Virus record (IMG/VR): IMGVR_UViG_3300033388_002430
Coordinates: 1,997-65,996 of that record
Strand: one strand, 5' to 3'
DNA from: a virus
Taxonomy: Duplodnaviria; Caudoviricetes
DNA length: 64,000 nucleotides
Both the position numbers and the translations under genes were made by a program. The notes beneath the pieces are model-generated. The model searched no databases. It had not been told where the DNA came from and saw only the letters and a program-made list of their open reading frames with translations. Shown here one piece after another: positions 32,467-42,282 of the stretch. Position 1 is the stretch's first letter. Each line of letters opens with the position of its first letter.

Positions 32467-32633
32467 TAGTGATTTAACCCAATGACTAACTGTCTTGATA
32501 TAATCATTAAATGTTATATGTTTAGTAACAAATCATGATATAATAGTTTCAATACACCCCTGAAGTCTCTTGTATGCAGAACCTATGGTATTTGCTAAGG
32601 TTTTACACACAATGCTGAAATGTTAGGGGTCTT

Positions 32634-32730
32634 GGGGATGCAAGGTGTCGATTGACTTGATGGTGGCTTTATAAGTCCACTGCCAGAAATGGGCAAGCAA
32701 TATCCGGGTTCGATTCCCGGCATCTCCACC
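32634..32730 (+). ncRNA. mini tmRNA-like RNA (tRNA-like domain only, Ala identity)
   Basis: Acceptor GGGGATG/CATCTCC with G3:U70 and A discriminator + CC; GGTGTCGA D-loop; P2a TTGACTTG/CAAGCAA; T arm CCGGG-TTCGATT-CCCGG. Confidence 0.75.
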
Positions 32731-32909
32731 TGATGTAGTTTTATGCAAACCGTTTCTACGCTGGATGGAAAGTCCATATTATCAAAAAACGGGTCTTTTT
32801 TAGTGTATTATAAGTGTTGAATAAAGACATATTTGGTGTATATAACCTAAATAGGTTACACAAGTGTAAAGACTTGTAAGTAATAAATACAAGTATTTAG
32901 AGTTGTTCC

Positions 32910-32949
32910 TTGACATAATTCACTTTTCAGGTTATATTCGTGGTATAAT
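32910..32949 (+). promoter_or_regulatory. promoter(s) for holin and downstream block
   Basis: TTGACA-17-TATATT, and TGGTATAAT at 32941. Confidence 0.6.
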
Positions 32950-32984
32950 GGTTTAGATAGAAAACTTAGTATAGGAGAATATTA

Positions 32985-33185
32985 ATGAATGAAGTAAAAC
33001 CTGGAATTTCTACATCAGAATTTTGGCTCGTTATTGTAAACACAGTGTTGATGGTACTAGCCGCATTTAAACTTCTGGATCAGTCGGAAGTGGATCAACT
33101 CAAAGCTCTATTAGCTCCTTTCATTGGGGCATTGGTTCCGATTGCCCTGTATGTTTGGGGTCGAGTCAAAGTAAAGACATCTTAA
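32985..33185 (+). CDS. putative holin (2 TM)
   Basis: KPG..TSEFW N-terminus, two hydrophobic helices, basic tail. Confidence 0.6.
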   Translation: MNEVKPGISTSEFWLVIVNTVLMVLAAFKLLDQSEVDQLKALLAPFIGALVPIALYVWGRVKVKTS

Positions 33186-33488
33186 CCGATGTCTTTATTC
33201 TTAATCATATATAAAGGAATAGCATGAAAAAAGTTTCAGATATGTATTTAGTAGGAACTTTTCTAGCTCTGGAAGTTCCATACACAGAGATCGAAGAGCA
33301 GGGCAATGGTAGAAAGCAATTTGTATTTGAGGAAGATGCTTTTAACATTGTTATTTTGGAGAATGGTGAGCCAATTCTAAAAGAAACTATGACTTTAGAT
33401 GATCTAGAGGCGTATCACGCAAGTGGAAATTTATTGATACCGTCTGACAGATTATGTGCCGCTATCCGAAATGTGAAGAGCATTATCC

Positions 33489-33731
33489 ATGCTAGAAAAT
33501 AATCAGATACCATTAGTATATTATCAATGTGTACAAAAATTAGTAACGGTGAGAAAGAAGCAATACGTATTCACAATTAGACATAACATATCCTTAGCTT
33601 ATATAGATCTGGAGTATGTAGATGACATTCTAAATATACGTGGGGGATGTTGTGGAAATAAAAAACCGGGTGTATTTAGAAATGCTTCGGAACAAGAGAT
33701 ACGGATATGGAACGGAGAGGCTGATAGATGA
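33489..33731 (+). CDS. small CC-motif protein, probable paralog of 48310..48657
   Basis: KQYVF ... D...L ... CC.....K..F pattern shared. Confidence 0.55.
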   Translation: MLENNQIPLVYYQCVQKLVTVRKKQYVFTIRHNISLAYIDLEYVDDILNIRGGCCGNKKPGVFRNASEQEIRIWNGEADR

Positions 33732-34048
33732 GTAAACACGACTACAATAGTGATTTGACGGGAAATATTATTAAGAAGGTAAAATCAGAAATTGATAAGA
33801 GGGTTAGTGGGGGGAATGTTGATGGTGATACTGATCTTTGGGTACTCCTACTAATCTCTGATATTCATAGTCGTGTCCATGGAATAGAAAAAAATCCTGC
33901 CCTTATTCTAGGAACATGGTTCAGGGATTATCCAAGTCTATCTTGGATAGTATTTGGTATAACATCTTTGATATCAATTGGAAGTATTTTAGCTATAATA
34001 GTTACGTTTATGAATAAGGTAGGATTAGCAGTAATCGTTCAACCATAG
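33728..34048 (+). CDS. membrane protein with C-terminal TM helix
   Basis: Hydrophobic C-terminal segment. Confidence 0.55.
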   Translation: MSKHDYNSDLTGNIIKKVKSEIDKRVSGGNVDGDTDLWVLLLISDIHSRVHGIEKNPALILGTWFRDYPSLSWIVFGITSLISIGSILAIIVTFMNKVGLAVIVQP

Positions 34049-34061
34049 AAATGGAGATTAG

Positions 34062-35384
34062 ATGAATATAGACGAGTTCGACTCTCATGTCTTAGACCAA
34101 ACAGGAAATGCACAAGATATTATGCAGGACTTGTATGGTAGCAGTATTGGATTAAATAATGCAGAGAAACAATTAGCAGGGATTCGTAAGCACCTAAAAT
34201 ATAAGCAATCTAATAGTAATGATGATACTCTTCCAGCCCATAGAAAATATAAGGTTGAGGCAGATGGTGTTCAGGTCAGAGAGAAATTAGTTCTCTTATC
34301 TGAAGATGATATGCAAGATCCGTCTACTGTTTTGCAGAAGATGGGACTTGATCCTGTTCAATGGGAACTGCTCACAGCAGAGTTCGATGCTAAGTCGTGG
34401 GATGTCACGATGAAGCTGTATAAATCTGCATATGCCGGATCAAACCCTGAAACTGGAATAGATAAGCAAATTAGACTTGATGATGAGCCGCATAAAGAAA
34501 CTAATTGGGGATATTCTTGTAAGATCAGAACAAAGCCTACTAATACACCAATAACCTTAGATGTAATGAGGGGTGTATTTGAAGGGCTTAAAGTTCCGAA
34601 GCATAAAGAATATAAGTATAGTCCGAGTGAGTTGATGTGGGAAATGCCACTGATGGATATTCATTTTGGAAAACAGGCATGGGCAGATGAGACTGGTGAA
34701 GATCATTATGATGTTAGGATAGCGGATAGGCGTAGTAGAGCAACCGTAGAAGATTTTCTTAGCAAAGCAAAATCGTACGAGCGTATACTTTTTCCAATCG
34801 GTCAGGATTTTTTCCATATTGATAATGTGGAAAATACAACAACGGCTGGAACTAGAATGGATGTTGATGGGAGATGGGAGAAAATATTTGATGTTGGAAC
34901 TAAGTTCTTGTATTGGGCAATAAATGAATTAAGAAGATTAGCTCCAGTAGATGTTTTCTATATTCCTGGTAATCATGATAAAATGCTTTCTTATTGTGCA
35001 GTTGAGGCTATGTTTTATGCCTTTAAAGATACGGAAAGTGTTATAGTAGATTTATCACCCTCACCCAGAAAGTATCGTCAGTTTGGTCTGGGAATGGTTG
35101 GATTTTCTCATGGTAAAGAGGGCAAAAGAATAGAAAAATTAATGCAGGTCGAACAACCCGAAATGTGGGGGAATACAAGATTTAGAGAGTTTCATCTAGG
35201 TGATTTGCATCATGAGCGTGTGTGGGAAGATGGGGGAATTACATTCAGGAGAATACCTACAATAACATCTACAGATGCGTGGCATAACGATAAGGGCTTC
35301 AAAGGTGCTATTAGAAAAGCGCAGGCATTTGAATGGGATAAGAAGTTAGGAATCGTAAATATTCATAATAGTGTAGTGACGTAA
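34062..35384 (+). CDS. calcineurin-like metallophosphoesterase
   Basis: DIHFG, GQD, GNHD, SHG, GDLHH. Confidence 0.85.
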   Translation: MNIDEFDSHVLDQTGNAQDIMQDLYGSSIGLNNAEKQLAGIRKHLKYKQSNSNDDTLPAHRKYKVEADGVQVREKLVLLSEDDMQDPSTVLQKMGLDPVQWELLTAEFDAKSWDVTMKLYKSAYAGSNPETGIDKQIRLDDEPHKETNWGYSCKIRTKPTNTPITLDVMRGVFEGLKVPKHKEYKYSPSELMWEMPLMDIHFGKQAWADETGEDHYDVRIADRRSRATVEDFLSKAKSYERILFPIGQDFFHIDNVENTTTAGTRMDVDGRWEKIFDVGTKFLYWAINELRRLAPVDVFYIPGNHDKMLSYCAVEAMFYAFKDTESVIVDLSPSPRKYRQFGLGMVGFSHGKEGKRIEKLMQVEQPEMWGNTRFREFHLGDLHHERVWEDGGITFRRIPTITSTDAWHNDKGFKGAIRKAQAFEWDKKLGIVNIHNSVVT

Positions 35385-35406
35385 GATACATGTGAAGGAG
35401 GATAGG

Positions 35407-36249
35407 ATGAAGAGAGCAGTAACAGGATATGATGGAAATATAGGTTCTGAATTTGTTCAGCGTGGTTATATTCCTATTAAGTCCAACATTTTAGATAAAG
35501 ACACAGTGTTTCAGGAAATTCAAAATATCAATCCTGATGTTATTGTTCACTGCGCCGCATTAACAGATGTTGGGTATTGTGAAGAAAATGATCGTAAAGC
35601 GTTTGAAACTAATGTTCGTGGAATGTTAAATGTTTTGGATAGTTTTAGTGGGCTATTTGTTTATCCCTCTACCTGTCATGTCTTTTCAGGTACGCATCCG
35701 TGGGCATATAATGAGCGTCATACACCATCCCCTGTAAATGCTTATGGACTAACAAAATATATGGCAGAGGGACTTGTTCAATCCGGCATTAGACATGCTA
35801 AAGGTCTTATTATTAGAACTTCTAGGGTGTTTACAAAGAAAGATGTGTTAGATATAGTAAAGAAATTGGAAGATGGGGAAAGTATTGAGGTAACTGATCT
35901 TATTACTCGTTCCTTTATATATGTGCCTCATTTTGTGAGTAGTGTGGAAGATACTATTCAGAAAAAGATTGGTGGTAAATTACCAGAAGATTTGATTCAT
36001 ATCGCCGGAAATTATGTTGAATCTTATTATGGTTTTTATTGCCAAATCGCTAGAATATTCGGATTTGATTCAGATCTGATTGTTCCACGAAGAACTAAAC
36101 TAGAAAATGAGTTCCCTCGACCCTTCAAAGGTGGATTAAATGTAAATATGGCGGAGGTATATGGCATAAAGCTATATGCTAGTCATCAAGGATTACAGGA
36201 GATACGAGATGAATATGAAATTCTCAATAATCATCACAACTCTGAATAA
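35407..36249 (+). CDS. rmlD: dTDP-4-dehydrorhamnose reductase-like SDR
   Basis: TGxxGxIG, HCAALTDV..CE, ST..VF.G, YGLTK, RP. Confidence 0.85.
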   Translation: MKRAVTGYDGNIGSEFVQRGYIPIKSNILDKDTVFQEIQNINPDVIVHCAALTDVGYCEENDRKAFETNVRGMLNVLDSFSGLFVYPSTCHVFSGTHPWAYNERHTPSPVNAYGLTKYMAEGLVQSGIRHAKGLIIRTSRVFTKKDVLDIVKKLEDGESIEVTDLITRSFIYVPHFVSSVEDTIQKKIGGKLPEDLIHIAGNYVESYYGFYCQIARIFGFDSDLIVPRRTKLENEFPRPFKGGLNVNMAEVYGIKLYASHQGLQEIRDEYEILNNHHNSE

Positions 36250-36907
36250 GTACCAATTTATTCAGCAAAGACTTTTTGAGATTTATAAATATGTTCCGGC
36301 AGAATATATTGAAGAAGTCATTATTACTAATGATGATAGAACCTCTAAAGAATTAATTGATGTTGTGGATAAACATATTCAAATTAATGATGAATATCCC
36401 ATCATTCTTTTAGATCATCCACATTCCACATCATTCTCTGCTAATGTGAATCGGGGTGTAGATTATTCTATGGGAGAACGAATTATAATTACTCAGGATG
36501 ATGTTAGAGTTTGTGGGAATTTCATGTTAAGTCTTGAGGAAACCGTAAGGAATAGTTGGAATAGTATTATTGGAAGAGTTCTGGATTATGATACGGGTTG
36601 GAATAATATCCATGGTTGGATTATTCCTTATATAGAGGGATGGTTCATTGTTTGTCCACGGGGGATGTGGGATAATATTGGTGGGATGGACGAGGAAATA
36701 AAGCCGTATGATGCGGAAGATATTGAGTGGGCTATTCGTGTAAAACAGAACGGCTATGGTTTTGTGAATTACAGCAGTATTTATCTCCAACATATACGAG
36801 GTCAAACAATTCAGATGGATGAGCATAGACGTAAGATTACTGAAAAGAATATTGAATATATCAGGAATAAGTGGTCAAGAGAAGAATTAGGTAGGATTTA
36901 TGGATAA
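36176..36907 (+). CDS. glycosyltransferase family 2
   Basis: SIIITT, N.G, QDD, GGMDE...ED. Confidence 0.85.
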   Translation: MLVIKDYRRYEMNMKFSIIITTLNKYQFIQQRLFEIYKYVPAEYIEEVIITNDDRTSKELIDVVDKHIQINDEYPIILLDHPHSTSFSANVNRGVDYSMGERIIITQDDVRVCGNFMLSLEETVRNSWNSIIGRVLDYDTGWNNIHGWIIPYIEGWFIVCPRGMWDNIGGMDEEIKPYDAEDIEWAIRVKQNGYGFVNYSSIYLQHIRGQTIQMDEHRRKITEKNIEYIRNKWSREELGRIYG

Positions 36908-37814
36908 GAAAGTTGTAATGTTAAGTCAGATTAATTATCCTGTTAGTATTGGGAGATATTTTGAGAGGGCATTGGAACGTAGAGAGGATGTTGAGCTTTA
37001 CACTATTGGGCCATATACCGGAACATGGATACCCTGGAATGGGGGAATGAATCTACCAGAGAAATATGCTAAAGCCCCCACAATTCCATTGGATAGACAA
37101 GTTCCTAGTGGTATACAAGCTCCAAAAGGATTAATAGAGGAAAAGATTGGAAAACCTATTGATATTTGGATCAGTGTAGATGCTGGATTTTATTTCAATG
37201 ATATACCAGCAGAGGTAACCTGTTTGGTACAGACAGATCCTCACGTTCTGGATTATAATCATCAACGTACTACTCATGATTATTCTTTTTGTATGCAGAA
37301 ATGTTATGCTAATCCGATAGATATTTATTTGCCTTATGCCGTAGATCAGACTGTGCATTATCCTATTGAAGATATGAAGAAAGAATATGACGTTGTGATG
37401 ATCGGGTTGCAGTATCAGAACAGGACAGAATTAGCAAATATTCTTAAATCAGAGGGTATAAGGGTTTACTACTCTATTGGAGAATCTTTTGATGAATATC
37501 GAGAAATTTATAATAAGAGTAGAGTAGGAGTTTCTTGGTCTAGTAAGGATGATTTGATTGCCAGAGTATTTGAGCTTATGGGAATGAAAATTCCTCTGGT
37601 TACAAATAATGTTCCTGATCTTCCTTTACATTTCGATGAGGGTGCTCATTATCTAGGTTTTGATAATATTTATGAGGCTGTGGAGCGTATTCAACGAATA
37701 TTATATAATCCAGAAAAGTATGTGCAGATGCGAGATCAGGCGTATGATTTGGTAATTGCTGAACATACTTACGATCATAGAATACAGCAGATATTTGATA
37801 CAATAGGAGCATAG
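36900..37814 (+). CDS. GT-B glycosyltransferase (CgeB/Glyco_trans_1_2-like)
   Basis: YLPYA.D, RVFELMG, HTYDHR. Confidence 0.8.
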   Translation: MDKKVVMLSQINYPVSIGRYFERALERREDVELYTIGPYTGTWIPWNGGMNLPEKYAKAPTIPLDRQVPSGIQAPKGLIEEKIGKPIDIWISVDAGFYFNDIPAEVTCLVQTDPHVLDYNHQRTTHDYSFCMQKCYANPIDIYLPYAVDQTVHYPIEDMKKEYDVVMIGLQYQNRTELANILKSEGIRVYYSIGESFDEYREIYNKSRVGVSWSSKDDLIARVFELMGMKIPLVTNNVPDLPLHFDEGAHYLGFDNIYEAVERIQRILYNPEKYVQMRDQAYDLVIAEHTYDHRIQQIFDTIGA

Positions 37815-38410
37815 AATGAATGCTGAAAATGAAAATATTGATCCGATGAGCATTGAAGCGGTTCAACAGGGAGTTCTTACTACAATAAGTTATATCTTTG
37901 AGCGATATAAGATGTTGAATTGTTTATTAGGATATATCATTGAAAATGATTACGATGGTAGATTTATCATGTCACTGGATGAATGGGATAAGAATATTAT
38001 GGAGCATAACTTCACAACTGGTTGGATAGTAAATAATGAAGATGAAAATATTCATATCGTTGGTAAGGAGAATGGATGACTGATATAAAAGATATTTCGT
38101 TTTCAATAATCAAACAGCATGGAGATCCTAATAAAGCTGTGACTGTGGATGGATTTACAATCACTAGACAGGAAAAGTTATTTATTCCTGAATATCAAAA
38201 ATTTGTTATGTGTGCTCCATATAGCTCTCATTTTATTTATCTAGACCCATCTGGAAAGCCTGGAAGATGGTTTGCTATGTGTACGTGTGGTGCGCCGAGT
38301 GTCATTACTGGATATAGTGGATATAAACAAGATGCTTCTAGTAATGAGGGGGCTATGCTTGTTTGTTTATATCATGCTCAACATGGACATCATCAGAATG
38401 AGGGAAGTAA

Positions 38411-38758
38411 ATGGGAATGAAAAAAGTTTATGTAGCAGGTGCTTATAGTGCGGATAATGTTCTCGATGTTCTTAAGAATATTGGTCGTGGACAATATTAT
38501 TCAGCAGAAATATTTATGATGGGACATGCCCCGTTCTCACCATGGTTAGATAAAGAATATGTTATAAGGAATTGGGACAAAGAGTTTACTGTTGAAATGT
38601 TTTATAACTATTCAATGACATGGTTAGAATGTTCCGATATTATGTTTGTTGTTCCTGGATGGGAAAAATCTAGGGGAACAAAAGCAGAAATAGCAATAGC
38701 GAAAAAATTAGGAATACCCATAATATATGAAGATTTAGAGGAACTAAATGAATACTAG
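38411..38758 (+). CDS. nucleoside 2-deoxyribosyltransferase-like (DUF4406/DUF1937)
   Basis: VYVAG, PGWEKSRG..AE..IA..LGIP. Confidence 0.75.
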   Translation: MGMKKVYVAGAYSADNVLDVLKNIGRGQYYSAEIFMMGHAPFSPWLDKEYVIRNWDKEFTVEMFYNYSMTWLECSDIMFVVPGWEKSRGTKAEIAIAKKLGIPIIYEDLEELNEY

Positions 38759-39416
38759 AATTTTCGTTATGGCTCAAGGAAAAGGAACACGGTGGTTGAG
38801 AAATGATAGAACTACTATTGAAAATCCTTGTGAGTATAAACAAATAATTCCTATTACAGAAGATGAAAATCTTATTTGTAGAACTATTCGACAATTAGGA
38901 AAAGATGCGAATATTAAAGTGATTTGTAACGAAGAGTTTTCTAATTATCTTCCCGTTGATATAGAGATAGAATCATTTAAAGAGCCTATTCAGCCTATTT
39001 TACATGGTATTTGGAGCACAAAGAAGGAATGGATTAATTATGATAGTGTTCTAATTATTCTTGGAGATGTAGCATTTAGTAATTCTGGGATGCAAAAGAT
39101 TCTAAATGCTAACAAAAATTTGCGTGATAACAAAGATAATGTTACGATATTTGGAAGATTAGGTAATAATAAGGTTAGTGGGAAAGAAGCAAGAGAAATA
39201 TTTGCTGTTTCTATTCTACCGCCGAAATATGTAGAAGTTAAAAATAATATGGCAGTACTCTGGGAAATTGGACATCAAAAGTTATGGGATTATTATAAAA
39301 TATTTGATCCCAAATTTATAGAAATAGATGATTATACTGATGACGTGGATAGTCTTGAGGCCTATGTAAAGTTCTGGCCTAAGATGCTAGAAAAGATATT
39401 GGAGGATGATAAATAG
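38748..39416 (+). CDS. sugar-phosphate nucleotidyltransferase-like protein
   Basis: MAQGKGTRW, K..I.I, LGDV, DDVDS. Confidence 0.75.
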   Translation: MNTRIFVMAQGKGTRWLRNDRTTIENPCEYKQIIPITEDENLICRTIRQLGKDANIKVICNEEFSNYLPVDIEIESFKEPIQPILHGIWSTKKEWINYDSVLIILGDVAFSNSGMQKILNANKNLRDNKDNVTIFGRLGNNKVSGKEAREIFAVSILPPKYVEVKNNMAVLWEIGHQKLWDYYKIFDPKFIEIDDYTDDVDSLEAYVKFWPKMLEKILEDDK

Positions 39417-40101
39417 TATGAGAATTTCAGTGATAGATAAGATTCTAAATAGATGTATAGAGAATATTGATGGGTGTTTATTGTATCCAACATCTGCATC
39501 TTCTATTTGGGTAGATGGAAAAATGTTATCACTTTCTACAATAATTTATGAATATTACATTGGTCAGCTTCCTTATAGAAATAGAATAGATAGGACTTGT
39601 AATAATGGAAAATGTTTAAATCCTTTACATATGCTCTCATTAACTCCAGAAGATAAATTTTGGAGAAGAGTTGATATTGAAGCAAATGAAATATGTTGGA
39701 ATTGGTTAGGTGCTGTAGATGGTGGTAATTACGGAATATTTAGATCTTCAATATTTTCTGAGATTAAAACTCATAGAATTTCTTGGTATTTAACTTATGG
39801 AAAGATTCCTCAAGATATGTGGGTACTTCATAAATGTGATAATCCTATCTGTTGTAATCCTCAACACTTATTTCTAGGAAATAATCAAGATAATATAAAT
39901 GACAAAGTATTAAAAAATAGGCAGAGTAGATTATTTGGGGAAAGAAATGGTAGAAGTAAATTGACTATAAGAGATATAAAGGAGATAAGAAAATTGCACA
40001 TTAATGGTTATAGCTATAGAGATATTACGTCTGTGTTTCCAATATCTTTTACTCAAACTGCTAGAATAATCCGAGGGGAGAGTTGGTCATGGGTAAATTA
40101 G
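39406..40101 (+). CDS. HNH homing endonuclease (tandem HNH + HTH)
   Basis: CWNW, HRISW, LHKCDNPICCNPQHLFLG..DN, GERNGRSKLT. Confidence 0.9.
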   Translation: MINSMRISVIDKILNRCIENIDGCLLYPTSASSIWVDGKMLSLSTIIYEYYIGQLPYRNRIDRTCNNGKCLNPLHMLSLTPEDKFWRRVDIEANEICWNWLGAVDGGNYGIFRSSIFSEIKTHRISWYLTYGKIPQDMWVLHKCDNPICCNPQHLFLGNNQDNINDKVLKNRQSRLFGERNGRSKLTIRDIKEIRKLHINGYSYRDITSVFPISFTQTARIIRGESWSWVN

Positions 40102-41132
40102 TTATTGATTTAATTTGTAATGATGGGAGTCCATTGGGAGTTACGATGAAAACTCTATATGGACAAGATCCACATCAGATTGGCTGTGGGGGAGCCGAGA
40201 ACGCACTTCTAACGATGTGCGAGGAATGGCATAACACTGGATATGACATAACTCTTTATAATAATCCTAGAATTGGTGATGGCTCTCCGTTTAGACAGAG
40301 AACATTAAATGAATTTAATCCTAATGAAGATAGGGATTTTCTCATTACTTTTAGATCACCGAATGTGCGATCTGCCGGAGCTAAAGGAAAACATATTTGG
40401 TGGAGCACAGATCAATTCACTGTTGGAGATTTCAAGGCATTTGGTCAAACAGCGGATAAGATTGTTGTGATTTCAGAGTTTCATGCAAAACATTTCAAAG
40501 ATACTTATGGTCTTGATGACACTATAATTATTGATTTACCAGTTAGATTGAATGATTATAAGATTGATGTGGAAAGAGTCCCTAATAGATTTATTTTTTC
40601 ATCTATTCCTGATCGTGGATTATTTGAAATGGCTCAAGTATGGGATATGATGAGGGGCAGATTACCAGAGGATGCTTCTCTTATCGTAACTTCTGATTAT
40701 CGTCTGTGGGGAGTAGGTGCTCCTAATAATGAAAAATATAAAATGATGTTGATTGGCAAACCAGGAGTTGAGTTTATTGGTGCAGTCCCTAGAGAAAGAT
40801 TAGTGTTAGAGCAGAGAAAGGCTGATATTCACGCCTACCCCTGCACATATAGCGAACTTTTTTGTATTTCTGTTGCGGAAAGTCAAGTAGCTGGAGCATA
40901 TACAATTACATCTGATGTGGGAGCACTAAAAACAACAACAATGGGAACTATTATAGAGGGGCATCCCACTGGAAATGGCTGGCTGGAAAAGTTTACAAAT
41001 TCTATACTTGAATATGTACAAAATCGAGAAGACTTGGAATATTATAGAAAATCTATGCAAGAATGTGCTATACAAAGATTTGATCCTAAACGAATTATAA
41101 AAATGTGGGATGAGAAGGTGTTCAATGAATAA
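40083..41132 (+). CDS. glycosyltransferase family 4
   Basis: GGAE, SS.PDRGL, ELFCISVAESQ.AG (E-x7-E). Confidence 0.88.
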   Translation: MVMGKLVIDLICNDGSPLGVTMKTLYGQDPHQIGCGGAENALLTMCEEWHNTGYDITLYNNPRIGDGSPFRQRTLNEFNPNEDRDFLITFRSPNVRSAGAKGKHIWWSTDQFTVGDFKAFGQTADKIVVISEFHAKHFKDTYGLDDTIIIDLPVRLNDYKIDVERVPNRFIFSSIPDRGLFEMAQVWDMMRGRLPEDASLIVTSDYRLWGVGAPNNEKYKMMLIGKPGVEFIGAVPRERLVLEQRKADIHAYPCTYSELFCISVAESQVAGAYTITSDVGALKTTTMGTIIEGHPTGNGWLEKFTNSILEYVQNREDLEYYRKSMQECAIQRFDPKRIIKMWDEKVFNE

Positions 41133-42282
41133 AAAAATAGTATGGCTAACTGATATGGACATAAATGGTAGTGGCTATCGTAATATTTCTATTCCTTTAT
41201 GTAGGGGGCTATCTGAAGCAGGTCATGATGTAAAGGTTATTGGTCTAATGTATAAAGGTGAGGAACATTTTGAGCCTTTTAGTATTATTCCGGCAAAGAA
41301 TTTGCAAGAATCTTTTGGCATGATTCATAATTTCAGAGAGATGTGGGATTTCGATGAATTAATTGTTGCTCTTGATATTCCTATTCAGGAAAGGATATTA
41401 GCAACATTTCCTAATAGATCATTCAAATATACTGGAATTTTCCCCATAGAGGCAGATCCACTAACAGATAGTTGGGCAATGCTTTTACAGCAGATGGATA
41501 GACAATTTATTATTTCTAAATTTGGTACTGAGGAGGCGTATTACGCAGGAGTTGGATCAGCGGAACATATTGAAATTGGCGTAGATACTGAATCTTGGAG
41601 ATTTCCAACGGGGGATGAGAGAGACCAAATACGATCTTCTTTTGGTCTATCTAAAGATACATTCTCTGTTCTAACAGTTGCGGATAATCAGGAAAGAAAG
41701 CATTTATCTCGTAGTATGGAGATTTTTGCAGATTTTTTATATGATTATCCAGGTGTGAATAGAAGGATTATTAAAGAAAAAAAATTATTACCCAAAATAG
41801 ATGCTAGATATTCTTTAGTAACACGGGAACATAATCCTGTGGGATGGCAACTCAGGGATTATGCAAGATATTTAGGAATACAGGCTCAATTTATGATATT
41901 TGAACGTGGCATAGAATTTAATAAATTTTGGTCATTATACGCTATGAGTGATGCTTTTCTTCTTACTAGCAAATCGGAAGGGCTTGGAATGCCTATTTTA
42001 GAGGCTATGGCTGTTGAACTTCCTTGTATTGCAACGAATTGTACAGGAATGAGGGAGAGTTTATCTGAGAACCGTGGATATCTAATAGATGTGGATTATG
42101 TCCATGTAGACCCCTTTGGAAATGGTAATAGATATTTTGCAAGTAGAAAACACGGTGTTGAATTATTGAAAAAAGTTCGTAGCGGAGAGTTGCCAGATAT
42201 TAAGAAAGCTAGGGAATATATAGAAACAAAAAAGTGGCAAAATGCTGTGAATCAATTATGTGGAGCAATAGAAAATGATTGA
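41110..42282 (+). CDS. glycosyltransferase family 4
   Basis: NQERK, EGLGMPILEAMA. Confidence 0.9.
   Translation: MRRCSMNKKIVWLTDMDINGSGYRNISIPLCRGLSEAGHDVKVIGLMYKGEEHFEPFSIIPAKNLQESFGMIHNFREMWDFDELIVALDIPIQERILATFPNRSFKYTGIFPIEADPLTDSWAMLLQQMDRQFIISKFGTEEAYYAGVGSAEHIEIGVDTESWRFPTGDERDQIRSSFGLSKDTFSVLTVADNQERKHLSRSMEIFADFLYDYPGVNRRIIKEKKLLPKIDARYSLVTREHNPVGWQLRDYARYLGIQAQFMIFERGIEFNKFWSLYAMSDAFLLTSKSEGLGMPILEAMAVELPCIATNCTGMRESLSENRGYLIDVDYVHVDPFGNGNRYFASRKHGVELLKKVRSGELPDIKKAREYIETKKWQNAVNQLCGAIEND

Noticed and set aside
32634-32730. Ordinary tRNA (Ile-TAT or ochre suppressor TTA)
   Set aside because: Lacks U8/A14, the anticodon stem needs a bulge, and 8 extra nt precede the T arm; tmRNA-type geometry fits better
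32700-32730. attP for integration in ssrA or a tRNA gene
   Set aside because: The complementary 5' acceptor strand and P2a are also present, and no integrase is in the window; not fully excluded
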